Source: Salpingoeca rosetta (lineage: Eukaryota > Protista > Choanoflagellata). From it: a DNA stretch of 64,000 nt. The stretch covers positions 34,522 to 98,521 of the forward strand of contig JAWQFM010000026.1 of NCBI GenBank assembly GCA_033442325.1, read 5' to 3'. The notes below the pieces were generated by a model, which saw only the letters and a program-made list of their open reading frames with translations, was not told the DNA's origin and ran no database searches. Of this stretch, positions 41,459-63,959 are shown piece by piece (the first letter of the stretch is position 1; each line of letters starts with the position of its first letter). Position numbers and translations under genes: made by a program.

Positions 41459-42159
41459 GTGTGCGGATGCGCCCCTGCTGTACGTGCGTACACGCTCCTG
41501 CTATGCTGCCGACACTCAGCAGTGTAGCGGTTCTTGCGTTGTCACTCTCTCTCTCTTTGTTCACCAGCACACGCACCACCACCACCACTGCTTCTCGTCT
41601 TCCTGTCTCGTGCAAAACCGGCGCGGAGCTGAAAAATAAAACAAGTGTGCAACGACTTTTTATGCCGCTTCGCTGGCATTGTTTATGATGTTGGAGAGGA
41701 TTTGATGCACAAATGCAGTGGATGGCAGGACATGACAGAGATGTGTTGCAGAGATGCACGATACTGTGACGACAGAAGATGTAGCACGTCGTGTAACACG
41801 TGCTGGAACAGGGGCGATGTGGTTGGTTACTCGCCAACAGTGAGGCGTGGGAATGCATTGGGAGCGTGCTGCAAGGCAATGGAAGCGATGAGGTTGTATG
41901 TATCCACGCCCGCGAGCAGCGCAAGGCGCTCCTGATCATCTGCGGGGATGTGCCAGGGCCATCGTAGGTAAGGGTGTCGGTGGTGATGCCGTTTGCAGCG
42001 AACACCGCTGCCAGAGATGGACCCCTGGTTCCATACGCCAGGAGGGCGCGGGAAAGGAAAAGGCCCCTCCCCCGGCGAGAGAGCGTCCGTTATGAGGGGC
42101 ATGTACAACCAAGAGATTTTTCACATGTGCCCGGTTAATGTTCGTGGGTGGCCACATCG

Positions 42160-48666
<6,507 letters not shown>

Positions 48667-49677
48667 CTTCACGGCGCCTCAGCTTCAGGCGGAGGCATAT
48701 GCGGTCATTGAAACGCCATGGCCAGCGCAGGGCAACACAAACGTGTTCGCGCAAAGGGAAGCGCAGGCGCAGGCGAAGTGCGTCGCCCAACCGGGCGCTC
48801 CAACAGCTGTCATGTCTGCGGCGTCGCGGGGAAGACAGTGCACACAGTTGCCTGCTTGCTTGCCAGCTGCTTGAACACGTTCCGACAAAGCACTGCCGTG
48901 TGACCCGGTCGCTCCCAAAAGCATGCAGACTTGATTATGCTATGCTGGGGTTGTTAATTGCGGTTCCGTCGCTTGGAAGCGGGCCGCGCGTGGCTGCTCA
49001 ATGTGCTGGACGGTTTGTGCTTGCCTGGCTGTCACATCATCTCAGCCAGCTTCCTCAGCCAGCTTTGCACGAACATGTTCCGACGAAGGAAGCGAGAAGA
49101 AGAACAGCCTAACAGCGTGCACTGTGCGTGTTGTTCCTTCGGTCATCATTGTTGTTGTTGTTGTTGGAAGGTGACTGGTTGGTCGACTGACTTCAGTACC
49201 TGGCTGGTGAATTTTTTTTATTCTGCGGATGGGAGCAAAGTTTGTCGAGCAAACGTTGACAGAAAAAGGTGGCTGCGCCACCGAAAAACTCTGCGTCCGC
49301 GAGCGGACGCAGAAATGCTGCCACCACGCCCACGGATTTTCCCAGGGGGGCTCCGCCCCCCCTGTGCGCTTAAAGTAACAAGTGAAAAAATGTTGAAATT
49401 CTCCTCCTCTCCTTGTGCTTTTGTGACTGTGCACCGCGGCTGTGGACCACCTTCCTGTCTCCCCGACCACCACCCAGCGATGATCACATCACTCTCCTTC
49501 GCGCACCCTCGATGCACCACAAAACACTTGCTCGCTGGCTGGCGTGTTGTTGTCTGGATCACCGTAAGGGGGGATTTATTTGGTGCTGTTGCTCATATCA
49601 ACGTCATTCAACTTCCAACCATCACAGCCACACCACATCCAAAGCACGTGCGCATGCTGCTGCTGCTACCCGTCGCC

Positions 49678-50822
49678 TTACTGAGCGCTGCCCTGGCCGC
49701 CCTGGAACTTGCCACGGCCAGCACCGCCACGCTGTTGACAAACAGGTGCAAAGGGTCAACGCAAAACAAGCAAGTGAGGGATGCGTCGAGTGCCATGGAC
49801 GAAACGAAACGAAACCGGTGGAGGGGGAAGTTCACATCACAGTTTCACCAACGCATCCAATTACACACACACACATACACACACCCACACACATTCAAAC
49901 AACACACACGGCCCATCGCTGGTCAGCACCACACATCAACCACTGCACCGGTGCACCAGTGAATTGGCTGCGAAACTTACGAACTCAGGCTTGAAGTCAC
50001 CCTCGGGAGCATCGAGCTTCTTTGCACCCTCATCTGCACGCCCAAGCGCGCGAGCAAGCACATGACATGTGAGATAGAGAACGTGCCATGAACTGCACGC
50101 GCCAAGCTGCCCACATAAGCACGTGCGTCCCGTTATCTCTCCTCCCTCACGCGCCCTCATTACCCAGCGTCAAACACGACAAAACAGAACAAGGACGCAC
50201 CGCCATCACGCCTGTAGGCATCGCGGGAGGTCCTCTCGGCACGGTGGCCCATGGAGCGCACACGGCGAGCCGTGGGGCGCTGCTCGCGGGCAGGCGCCTT
50301 AAGTGTGGTGGGAACAACGTTCTCGGGAAGGTGGAGGTAGTCCCTGAGGTACTCAATGCCCTCGTCTGTGAGACGCCAGTAGAAGTGGCGGAAGGCAAAG
50401 TCCTCGTGCACGAAGCCACGGGACTTCAGCGACTGCACACAAGCAAAACAAACAGCACACACACACACACACACACACAGAAAACACAATAAGTTCCCCA
50501 AGCCATGCGTGTGTGTGTGTTGATAGTGTCGGTGCCAAAGCAAACACGTAAACACGAAATGCCAGCGAGTCGGTGAATTGTGACTGTGTTGTGCCCTGCA
50601 TCATCACAGTTCTTGAACTCATACACACTCACTCACGACTCATCTCCCACGCCAATGTGCACACCCTCGCACACGCACCTGGAGCGCCTTGATGACATGG
50701 AGGTTGGGGATCCTCTTGAACTCAGGGTGGGAAGGGGCGTTGAAGTCCTTCTTGGCCACCATGACGCCGTCCTCGAACAGCTTGAAGTAGATCTGCTTGC
50801 GGGTCTGCTTGGGGATAAGCAT
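49678..50822 (-). CDS. RPS10: 40S ribosomal protein S10 (eS10)
   Basis: Exons 50822-50679 ([36 protein letters not shown]), ~50433-50201 ([44 protein letters not shown]), ~50033-49981 (GDFKPEF) and 49731-49678 ([17 protein letters not shown]). Confidence 0.96.
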
Positions 50823-51710
50823 GTTGGCGGTCTAACACCAGCCCAAAGCAACAACACAAGGTCAAAACAGCACACCGCGCACATGAGAAAACGAGCACCC
50901 AGCAGCGTTGTGTTGGTTTGTTTGTTCGATGCGGTTGAACAAGGCGTTGATCACGCACGCACTTGCAAACACGCTCTCGGCATGAACATGAGCGCTGCTG
51001 CGCATGCATGTAGCAGTCACACGGTTCCACTGGACGCTTGCTGCTGTTGTGGCTGCTACAACCCCTTGTCCCCCCCCCCGCTTCGTGCACATAACGCAGC
51101 GCGTGCACTGCTGCACCGTGCTCATGCTATGCTGTCTTCGTTCGTGTGTGCAGGTGTGTGTGTTGATGCACGTGTGTTGAACACGCACACACGCACGCAC
51201 GCAAGCACGCATGCTGGTGCTGGCACTGGTTCCTACTCGTTGCCTGCTGCGTGCGTTGCATCCCCGCTTCATCGACTGCTTCGCCCGCACCACACCAAGC
51301 ATCCCATCACGTCTCATGGCATGCGACCACCGTCCCCCTTATCTCATCCACGGCTCATGGCTCACCTCTTGGGCGGGGACGGGCAGACGAGAGGAGGGCG
51401 CACACGCGTGTAAAAAGGCAGAGGACATCTCTTCGTGGCCACACCAGCTTTTTTTCTCTCAGCTGTCAACGTTGACACTGCTTCGGATACATTTGTTGCT
51501 GTCGCATACAGCCCAGTTTTGCGGACGCTGCTCACTTTTCCTGCTTGCTTGTGGACGTTTGTGTGCAATTTGTGTGTGTGTGCTGAGGTGGATGTACAAG
51601 CAGGGTCTCACCCGTTTCCAACCACACGCTCACCCCGCTTGGTGTGTGGATGGAGTGAGTGAGTGAGAAGGAAGCAGAAGAACGCAGAGGGAAGCAAAGC
51701 TTCCACGGCC

Positions 51711-52533
51711 ATGGACGACAATACAAACTCGCAGCCCCTTGCGGTGCTGACAGCGGTGCTGGTGCTGCTTGCAACGGCGCTTGTGCTGTTGTGGTGGCGA
51801 AAGAGGCAACAACAGCAGCAGCAACAGCAGCAGCAACAACCAAAGCGCGGCAGGCCGCCGGTGGATCCAACACGGCGGATCGGGGCCCCACGACAAGTCC
51901 CGCAAGCATCAACGCAGTCACAGCATGTGGAGCCGGCAACGACAGAGAGCGAGCAGCCAGCACAGGCCCTCGAACGTTCAACACAAGTTATCGACGCCAC
52001 ATCGGGTGCGACCGAACCAGCTACCACACAGACACATCGGCAAGGGCAGGTCCACATGGTGGAACAGTCCAGGCACGCAGTCGTCATCCCCGAGTGCAAA
52101 CCGCTCAAGACCCTCATTGACCTTCTCGGTGCGGCTGTGTGTTTGTGTGTGTCTGTGTTTATGTTCGTGTGTTTATGTTCGTGGGTGTGAGTGTGTGTGT
52201 GTGTGTGCGTGTGCCTGTGAAAGTGTCTGATGTCTGGAGTGGCTCACCTTATGGTGTGTTTGCATGTCACTACGACTCGCTCACACGTTCTTCCGCACCC
52301 ACACGTCACTCTCTCACGCCATCACCACGCATGCACTCGCTTATGTTCACAACAGCTTGGAATGCGGGCAGCGAGTTCTGCTGTGCGCGCGTGCCATTGC
52401 GGCCCCGACTCACATCCTCGGCAAACAAGGGACCACGCCTGCTGGTGTGTCACGACATGATGGGCGGATACAAGCAAGACCATCTGCCACAGGTGAGGCG
52501 CTGGTGCAGTGAAACGGCTCGACCAATTGTGTT

Positions 52534-52592
<59 letters not shown>

Positions 52593-52895
52593 TATGTGTG
52601 TACGTATGTGTGTACGTATGTGTGTGTGGAGATGTGTGCAAACGTCAGCGCTGAGATGTCGCCACACTTTCATCATACACACAACTGTCTTGATCTGCAC
52701 ATGCACCACGCACGCGTGTCTGGCATTGTTGTATGTGTTCCCGTGCGCCAACCACCAGGGCCAAGACGACGCCAACATCTTCACCCTCCTCCACTGGCAC
52801 TTGATGGACACGTTTGTGTACTTTGCCCACGACCTCGTGTCGCTCCCACCGCCAACATGGACCAATCTCGCCCACATCAACGGCGTCAAGGTTGG

Positions 52896-52926
<31 letters not shown>

Positions 52927-53294
52927 TCTGTGTGTGTCTGTGTGTGTCTGTACATGCGTGCGCACGTGTGCCTGTCTATATGTTCCCATCTCTGTGTACT
53001 TGCCTGTGTCTGATCTCCACCATTTCTCGCCTCCTTCCTGGCACCATCCTCGCCATCACGATCACTGACCGTCCCCCCCTCCTCCTCCTCGAACCAACTC
53101 TCCAACCAACGTGACTCGCCACCCGCCTGAAGGTTCTTGGGACGTTCATCACGGAGTGGGACGCCGGGCATAATACGTGTGCACAGCTGCTGAAGGATGA
53201 GCACACGCGTCAACTCGCTGCAGAGAAGCTCGCTGCCATCATGCACTTCCACAAGTTCGAAGGTGCGGCTAACTGCACGTTGCTAGGACGAGGG

Positions 53295-53345
<51 letters not shown>

Positions 53346-55484
53346 CGCGTGTGTGTGTGTGTGTCTGTGTGTCTGTGTGTGTGTGTCTGTGTCTGTGTGT
53401 GTGAGAGTGTGTGTGTGTGTGAGTGTGTGTGTGTGTGTATCTGTGTATGTGTGTGTGCATGCCTGCCTGCCTGCCTGCCTGTCTGCTCACCTGTGCATGC
53501 CCCCCACCCACGCCACATTTCTTCCCATCAATCCCTGGTTTCTCCCCCCCCCTTCGTTTCGTGCTGCGATCAGGGTGGCTGGTCAACATTGAGAACGATG
53601 TCTCCAACACTCGCGCGCTCATCGACTTTGTGGACCGCGTGCGCATCGAATGTCACAGCCTCGTACGTGGTGGTGATGATGGTGATGATGGTGGCGGTGA
53701 TGGTGACAGTGACCGTTGCTGTGGTGATGGATGAGTGGCCACCAACGTATGCCGTGTTAGTGGGAGCAAACAAGACCTTGTGATGGGTTGAGGGTGTCTG
53801 ATTTGTTTGCCCATCATTCTTTTTTCTCCCCTCTGTCTCTTCCTCATTTGTCCTCCTTCGACTTACATCCCCCCCCCATTAACTCCCCGCCCCACCAACC
53901 AACCAACCCCGCCCCCTTGTGGCTGTGCCTGCATGCACCAGGTGCCCACGAGCACCGTGCTGTGGTACGATGCCGTGACGACAGAGGGCCGTCTCGTGTG
54001 GCAGAACCAGCTCAACCGGAAGAACGCGCCGTTTTTCCACGCAGCGGACGGCATTTTTCTCAATTACACGTGGACGCCCGCGCTCCTGCACAGCTCAGCC
54101 ACGTTTGCAGCCACCGTCACGGCACCGCCACGCCCACAGCCAGCAACCACGCCATCCCATTCGCTTCAATCAACATCACCATCATCACCATCATCACTAT
54201 CAGCACCATCATCATCGTCAACAGCAGCACGTGCCAAGCCATCAACCGCGGCCACCGCTGCTCGGCGCCACACGAGTGCGGATGTGTACGCGGGCATTGA
54301 TGTGTTTGGACGCGGGACATTTGGTGGCGGCAAGATGTCGTGCTTGCAGGCAGTCGACGCAATCAAGGGTGAGGTGGATAGTTGTGTGTGTCTCTGCCTC
54401 TGTCTCTGTCTCTGTCTATGCCTCTGTCTATGTATCGGTGTAACTGACTCTCTGTGGGGTGTCTGTATCTGAGTCTGTGTGTTGCTGCCACAATCTCCCC
54501 CTACATGCCCTTGTATCCATGCCTGCCCACCCCCCTCCCTCTCTCTCTCCCTCCTTCAGATGCGCGCGTCTCCATTGCGCTTTTCGCCCCTGGCTGGACG
54601 TTCGAGTGCACCCCGCCCGACACACCCTTCCTGCAACACCAGCTCAGGTCTGGTGGTGGTGGTGGTGGTGGTGGTGGTGGTGCTCGTGATGGCGGCAGTG
54701 AAGTGTCGCTTATGATGCACTTGGACTTACTTGTGTTCGGATTGATTGATCGTTCAATGGCGGCACCACGCATACTCGAAGTCAAATTGTGCATTTCCGT
54801 TCACATGCAACATTGTGTGAAATTGTGCACACGCATTTTATGTTTTTGTTCCTTTGACCGGGCCGTAGGTTCTGGCATCAGTTTGAAGGCGCGGTGTCCC
54901 CACGGCGTTTGGAAACACGAAACGTGTTTTCGACGCATTTCACGCTCGGACGTGGACGTCACCACTGGATCAACGGCAAACGCGTCGGAGGCGAATGGGC
55001 AAACCTCAGCAGACAGGTGCTTCATCATGTGTGTGTGTCTGTCTGTCTCTGCCTGTCTGTCTCTGCCTGCGCATCTGTCTGCGTATCTGTCTCTGTCTGT
55101 CTGTGTCTGTGTGCGTACATGCGTACATACATGCGTACATGCGTTGTGGAAGCCCCTTGTCTCCCATCACCCCCCCCCCTGCAACCCCAATCCCACAAGC
55201 CCGTGCGTCCACAACTGCTGTTTATTCATTGCAGGATGTTATGCCGACGTTCAGCTTCGAGCCATCGCCAACCAAGTGAGCAGCGTGGTCTTATCTGCTT
55301 GCTTGTTTCTCAACCGCCAACGCAATGCCCACACAATGACACACGAAACATGTGCACGCACAGTGAGCTGTCGCCGTGACTGCCAACAACAACAACAACA
55401 ACAACTTGAACAACAACAACAACAACAACTTGAACAACAACAACAACAACAACTTGAACAACAACAACGACGACGACGACGACG

Positions 55485-55564
<80 letters not shown>

Positions 55565-56210
55565 CGTTGTCGCGGGTGCCTTTGCTGTTCTCACCGCCCA
55601 ATCACCAACCCCTCTTCCTCATTCACGTGATGTCAGTCCCTTTCCGCGGCCACCGGCAACACGAAATGCGTTTAGAAATGCCTGCATGCAAGTGGAAGAG
55701 CGCGCTGCGTTCACGGGCGGGTCTTGCCTCAGCCTCTCTTACGAAACAGGGCCAACATGGGTGAGTCCGTGAGTCAGCACATGGGGGAGACTGGTGGTGG
55801 TGATGATGCTGTGTTTGTTGTTCATGGCGCTGTCTTGGCGTTCGCGTTTTGACCAGTGCTTCTTATGCCCGTTAAGACCTCACACAACACCCGCAACAAA
55901 CCCACGTGTGCCAAACGCCAATCACGATCATCATCACCCCTGCTTCCATCACCAACAACAACAACATCACCAATCGCCATCACGTCCAGGCCGCTGGGGA
56001 TGCGCTCGTGTTCCGTCTCTTCCACACGCGCCGGCCCCTTTCCTCCCTCACCATCGTCCAGCTCACAACGTATGCAGCAAGAACACGTGCTCGTGTCCGC
56101 CTGTTGTGTGCCTGACATGAACTGTGACCCACTCTCACCCTCACACATTCACTCACTCACGCACTCACTCAACCATTCACTCAACCATTCACTCACTCAC
56201 TCACACACAC

Positions 56211-56242
<32 letters not shown>

Positions 56243-57100
56243 TCACTCACTCACTCGCTCACTCACTCACACCAAACACCCCCTCGTCCCTCAAGCGGCA
56301 CGCTGGAGCACGTGGACGAAGCGCCAGATGTTTCACTGCAATTCGTTTTGACAAAGGAGGACCGCGGCGCTGTGCAGTACCTGCGGCTCCCGACCTGTCC
56401 ACAACCCGGCCAACACGCATTTCAGTTCTGCGACGAGCGGGTGGTGGCGAAGTTTGAAGGACAGTATGCCCTGCCCGTCTCCCGCTACGAGCGAACCGGT
56501 GATGGCACACTCACATTCACACCCGTGACGCTCAACACACACCAGGCTGGCACTGATGATGATGATGATGATGGTGTGAAGAAGGAGAAGGCGGCAACAA
56601 CGAGAGAAGGAAAGGACTTGAAAGTCTGGCGGAGAAATCTTGCTCTTCCGCCAACGATGGTGGTTGGTGATGGTGACGATACCAGTGATGTTGGTGATGG
56701 CAAAGATGACGATGGCGGTGCTGGTGGCAGTGGTGGTCGTGTAGAGCCACGATGGTTCACGTCCACGTTTGTGATTGGAGAGGGTGCAATTGCGCACCAG
56801 TCCATTGCAGAGATCCGAGCAATCGTTACACCAAGGTCCGCTGGCGAGCGTGGGAAAGAGCGTGTGCACGTGCTTGCATCTGGCTGCATTTGGCTGGCTA
56901 CATCTGCCTTTATTGTCTCTTCTGCCAATCTTGCACCTTCATGCACACGCGTGCACCATACTCACCCTTCCCTCACAAACACACACACACACACACACAC
57001 GTACATCACCACCACCGTAATCGCCACGACAACAGGACTGCTGGCTGCCACCGCGTTCTGCTCGGTGGTCTGCACCTGTTCTCGTCCTCGCACATGAACA
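51711..57100 (+). CDS. ENGASE: Endo-beta-N-acetylglucosaminidase (GH85), multi-exon; 3' end uncertain near gap
   Basis: [56 protein letters not shown], catalytic [60 protein letters not shown]. Confidence 0.92.
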
Positions 57101-57764
57101 ACGCATGCAAACCGTCAGTTGAAGGCACTGTGCATGTGTGTGTGCGTGTGTGTATGTGTGTGTGTGTGTGTGTGCGTGCGTGTGTGTGCCGGCTCGACAG
57201 AAGGAAACATGGATCCCTGCTATTGTGTGTGCAGGAAGATGTCGTGCTTGCATTCGCTCGTTTATTTGCAAAGATGCCGCGACAGTCTGCTCAGACTTGC
57301 ACGGATTACATACATACATGTCGTACTCTCGACAAAGCNNNNNNNNNNNNNNNNNNNNNNNNNNNNNNNNNNNNNNNNNNNNNNNNNNNNNNNNNNNNNN
57401 NNNNNNNNNNNNNNNNNNNNNNNNNNNNNNNNNNNNNNCGCGAGAACGAAACGCCCTGAAATTTCGGCGGAAAAAATCTTGCCCCTTCCCCCCACCGTTT
57501 GTTCTCCGTGATGTGCCGACACCAAAAAAGGTGGTGCTCGGCACCCCCCCCGTTTTCCCCGTTTTCCACCCCTTCCCTTCACCTCGCCCTGTTCACCCCC
57601 CCCCCCCCCCGAGAAAAACCCCTCCCCACCGTCCCTTCCCGAGGTCCAACCAATTTTTACTCAAGCCCCCCGCGCGAGTGTGGGAAAGTGTGTGTGCCCA
57701 TGTGTATATAAACACCCACGCGCCATCCTACAGATCGTCTCATATATCGTATTAATACACGCTT

Positions 57765-57803
<39 letters not shown>

Positions 57804-59433
57804 GCACGCACACACACACACACACACCTCACACGCGCGCCCCACACCACTGCACGTCACTGCCACCAGCGTTGTTGGACTGCGGGCATCGCACATTGAC
57901 TGGCATGACGTTGCCGGCACCAATCCACAAGACGCCAACACGACCGCCAATGTCTCCGCCACGGCCGCTTCGCTGACAGCATCGCTGCACCTCACGCTCT
58001 CGTGGGCTGAGCCGGCTCCCCAGCAGGTGGCGTGGATCCATGCGATTGTGTGTGCCGGAAGATGTCTTGCTTGCATTCATTCGTTTATTTGCACGGCCTG
58101 CCGCGCCCCTCTGCTCAATCTTGCTCGTACATACACACATACACATACAAACATACCCAAAACGCGTACGCATCAATCACCAGCTTGCATCCGCTCGCAC
58201 GTTCACGCGCTCACACGTTCACACGTTCACGTTGGCACGTGCACGTTTGCTTCGTTTGTTCTTGCGATCAATAGACCACCCGCTTCTGGCGCGTGTATGC
58301 GAACACAACATCAACGCATGCCGAGGATGCCTCTCTCATTGGCACCGCACACGTGGTGAGCTCGCCGCTGAGGGTGTGGTGTGGTGTATTGCTGCCATTG
58401 TACAAAGGCTGTTGTCATGCATGCACTCCCCCACTCCCTCCCTCACTCACTCATTCACACACAAACACACACACACAAACACACACACACTCTCTCTCTC
58501 TCTCTCGTCCACTCACCGACCCACTCCCTCTCCCCTTTCAGCCTTGCTTCCGTGTTGTGCCGCTGCCCGTGACTGCCCGTGCGGGTGCGCGTGCGTGTGT
58601 GCGGCTGTGGGTGCAGCCTGTCTCCTACGCGGCCCTGACACCAGCACTCAGCACATGTGCACACGTCGACATCGCATTCACAGCGCCCACACCGAAGAAG
58701 GGAGCGTGATACCCGTGTTGCCGCGGTCCTCTAACATCTCACTGCTATGGGTGGATTCGCTCAGTGACAGCCGTTGTGTGGATGGCGGGAGGGGTGCTGA
58801 TGGACAGCCATGTGTGTATGTGTCTGCGTCTGTGTCTGTCTGTGTTTGCGTGTGTGTGTCTGTGTGTCTGCGTGTCTGTGTCTGTGTGTGTGTGTCTGTG
58901 TCTGTGTGTCTGTGTGTCTGTGTCTGTCTTGTCTGTCTTGTCTGTCTGCCTGCCTGTCTGTCTGTGTGTGTGATGGCGCAAGCTGTGCGTTGCTGGTTGG
59001 CCTCTGCAGATGTGTTACGCTTGGTGATAAAAGCGTCTACTATTACGTATGCAGGAAGAGAGATCGTCATTAAGCCGAGAGAAGAGTGAATCCAAGATGC
59101 TCAAGGGGAAAAAAAAAAGAGGATAACACAGCGCAGAGACGACAACCAACACATGCACACGAGTACATCTCACCCATACACACGCAACCAGCGCGGCGCA
59201 CGGATGACACACACACACTCACTCACTCACTCAATCACTCACTCAATCACACTCACACACTCACTCAATCACTCACACACACTCACGCTCACACACTCAC
59301 ACAACATTGATCAAAAAGAGGCAATAAGTCAACTGTAGGGACAGGGAGCAAGGCAGATGCAACGAGCAAGCAGAACAACTAAACCAAAATGGTATCGAGA
59401 TAGGAAAAAAAGAACATCAAACCACATCACCAT

Positions 59434-59464
<31 letters not shown>

Positions 59465-59576
59465 GCATGAAAGCTACTACAGGTCTCAATAAGCGGGCCC
59501 ATCACACCAAAGTCCATCCAAGTCATGAAGCGTCCATACCGTACCACACACCCCTGCGTGTGTAATACCATGCCAA

Positions 59577-60929
59577 TCACCTGACAGACGCAGTGGCCTG
59601 CTCCACACCGCCACCACTGGCAACACCACCACCACCACCACTACTGGCACCACCACGTCGCCTGCTGCCGGCAACGCGGACAGCGCTCGGCGCACTCTGC
59701 AGTCGGTCCCGCACGTGGTGACCACCACTGCCACCATCACCACCAACACCGCTGCCAGCACCACCAGTGGGCTTGTGGTCGCGTGCATCTGCGTCGAGGA
59801 GGCCGTATCGGTCATGGATGTTCCAGGGACACGAGGGCCCGGGCAGGAGACTGCGCAGTATGTCGAGTTCCAGTTCCAACCGCGCCACCTCCGCCTTGAG
59901 ACGGTCAACACGCCCCTGCTCCTCCCGCCGCTTCCGCTGCTGGCTGCGGGCGTTCTGCTTCTTCCTGCGGGCGCGCTTGAGCACCTGCTGCTGCGCCTGT
60001 GGCAGCGGGCCGAGAAACGCCTTGAACCGCGCGCGGTCGTAGTCAAGCACCTCCTCAAACACATCCACGTCCATGTTGCACCGCCGCGCATCCTCCTCCA
60101 TGCTCTTCGGATACGACGACAGGGAGCGGCGGGCGCGGCGGCCACGCGTCTCCAGCACCGACGTCGACGCAGACCGCATGCGCCGCGTACGCGCATCGTC
60201 GTGGGCCAGGGCGGCGGCCAGGGCGTGCGACAGGCGGCCAACCTTGCGGGGCGCTCCGCTTTGGTGTGGTGGATCGTCTGCAAACACGGGGTCGGCGCAC
60301 GTCTCGAAAGTCAGGGTCAGCCGCCGCTTCGTCGGCTTCGGCTGCTGCTGCTGCTCCTGCTGCTGCTGTGGCTGCTGTTGGCTGTGATGGGTGAGGAGCG
60401 GTGCCGAGGGGTGCAGGATTGGTGTTGTTTGCTGGAAGACCTGGTTGTGCTGATGGGATGGGTGCGTGCTTGAGTCGACCCACGCTTTCACTTCCTGCGG
60501 CTGCGATTGCTCGTCAGAGTGCTCCTCGCCTTCGCTGCGGCTGCCCTCCCATTCCGTTTCAGCTTGCGACGTGTTGCTTGGGGTTGGCGAGGACACGCTG
60601 TCGAGGGTCGACGCAGACAGCGCACGCACGCGAGCAACAGCGGGCACAACAGCCGCCACACCAGCAGCGGAGGTGGTTGCGCTGCCGCTGCTGAGGTGCC
60701 GCCTCCGTCGCTGCTCTGAGCGCAGCGGCATTTGTGCGCGGCGATCAACAGCAAGGCTAGCTGAGGAGGCCTTGGGCGGCGCTGCCGTCAGCACCTGCTG
60801 CTGCTGCCGCCGCTGTTGTGCCTGTGGTTGTGGCTGTGGGTGGACGGGAGTGTGGTGGTCGTCGTGGAACACATCGTCATGTGGTTGTTGGTGTGGGTGA
60901 AGCTGCAATGGCTGGGGCTGGGTGGGCAT
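59577..60929 (-). CDS. Intronless bZIP transcription factor, Maf/CNC-like
   Basis: Q/S-rich N-terminus, then VLDYDRARFKAFLGPLPQAQQQVLKRARRKKQNARSQQRKRREEQGRVDRLKAEVARLELELDILRSLL: a Maf-like pre-basic helical region, a basic N-x7-R segment and leucine heptads. Confidence 0.75.
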   Translation of the reverse strand: MPTQPQPLQLHPHQQPHDDVFHDDHHTPVHPQPQPQAQQRRQQQQVLTAAPPKASSASLAVDRRAQMPLRSEQRRRRHLSSGSATTSAAGVAAVVPAVARVRALSASTLDSVSSPTPSNTSQAETEWEGSRSEGEEHSDEQSQPQEVKAWVDSSTHPSHQHNQVFQQTTPILHPSAPLLTHHSQQQPQQQQEQQQQPKPTKRRLTLTFETCADPVFADDPPHQSGAPRKVGRLSHALAAALAHDDARTRRMRSASTSVLETRGRRARRSLSSYPKSMEEDARRCNMDVDVFEEVLDYDRARFKAFLGPLPQAQQQVLKRARRKKQNARSQQRKRREEQGRVDRLKAEVARLELELDILRSLLPGPSCPWNIHDRYGLLDADARDHKPTGGAGSGVGGDGGSGGHHVRDRLQSAPSAVRVAGSRRRGGASSGGGGGVASGGGVEQATASVR

Positions 60930-61314
60930 GCCTAATCCACTCCAGCAAAAAGGTGCCAAGCAAGAGGGAATCGAGTCAATGAGGGATGCTTGCTCGTCGC
61001 TTGTCGCTCGCTCGCTCTTGCTCGCTTGCTTGCTTGTCAGCTTCCCTTGTTCCTGGCTGCTTGGCGACCTTGTTGTCGATGTCGATGTCGATGTGAGTGT
61101 GCGTGCGTGCGTGTGTGTGGCGTTGTTGTTGTTGTTCTCTCACACGAAAACCAAAACACACACAACACAACAGCACAGTCAGCAAAGCGTGAATGGCGGG
61201 ACAACTATGTATCCACCGCCCACAAAGACGCATTTTGAAGGGTTGGTAAACTCACATTTGCCTACACGAAGGACCAAGATCACAGAGGTCGTTGCACATC
61301 ACACATCACCCACC

Positions 61315-63903
<2,589 letters not shown>

Positions 63904-63959
63904 GTAAGCTGTGCAATGTTTTGTGCCTCTGTATGTGTCTGTGTGTGTGTCTGTCTGTC

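Noticed and set aside
50434-50678. Possible C/D snoRNA in RPS10 intron 1 (GTGATGA on the minus strand at ~50601-50607)
   Set aside because: No CTGA D box or terminal stem at a suitable distance.
57185-58190. ~120-bp imperfect direct repeat (57205-57320 vs 58032-58140) and C-rich sequence at 57439-57700
   Set aside because: Both abut the gap at 57339-57438 and look like low-quality read ends of one locus, so probably an assembly artefact.
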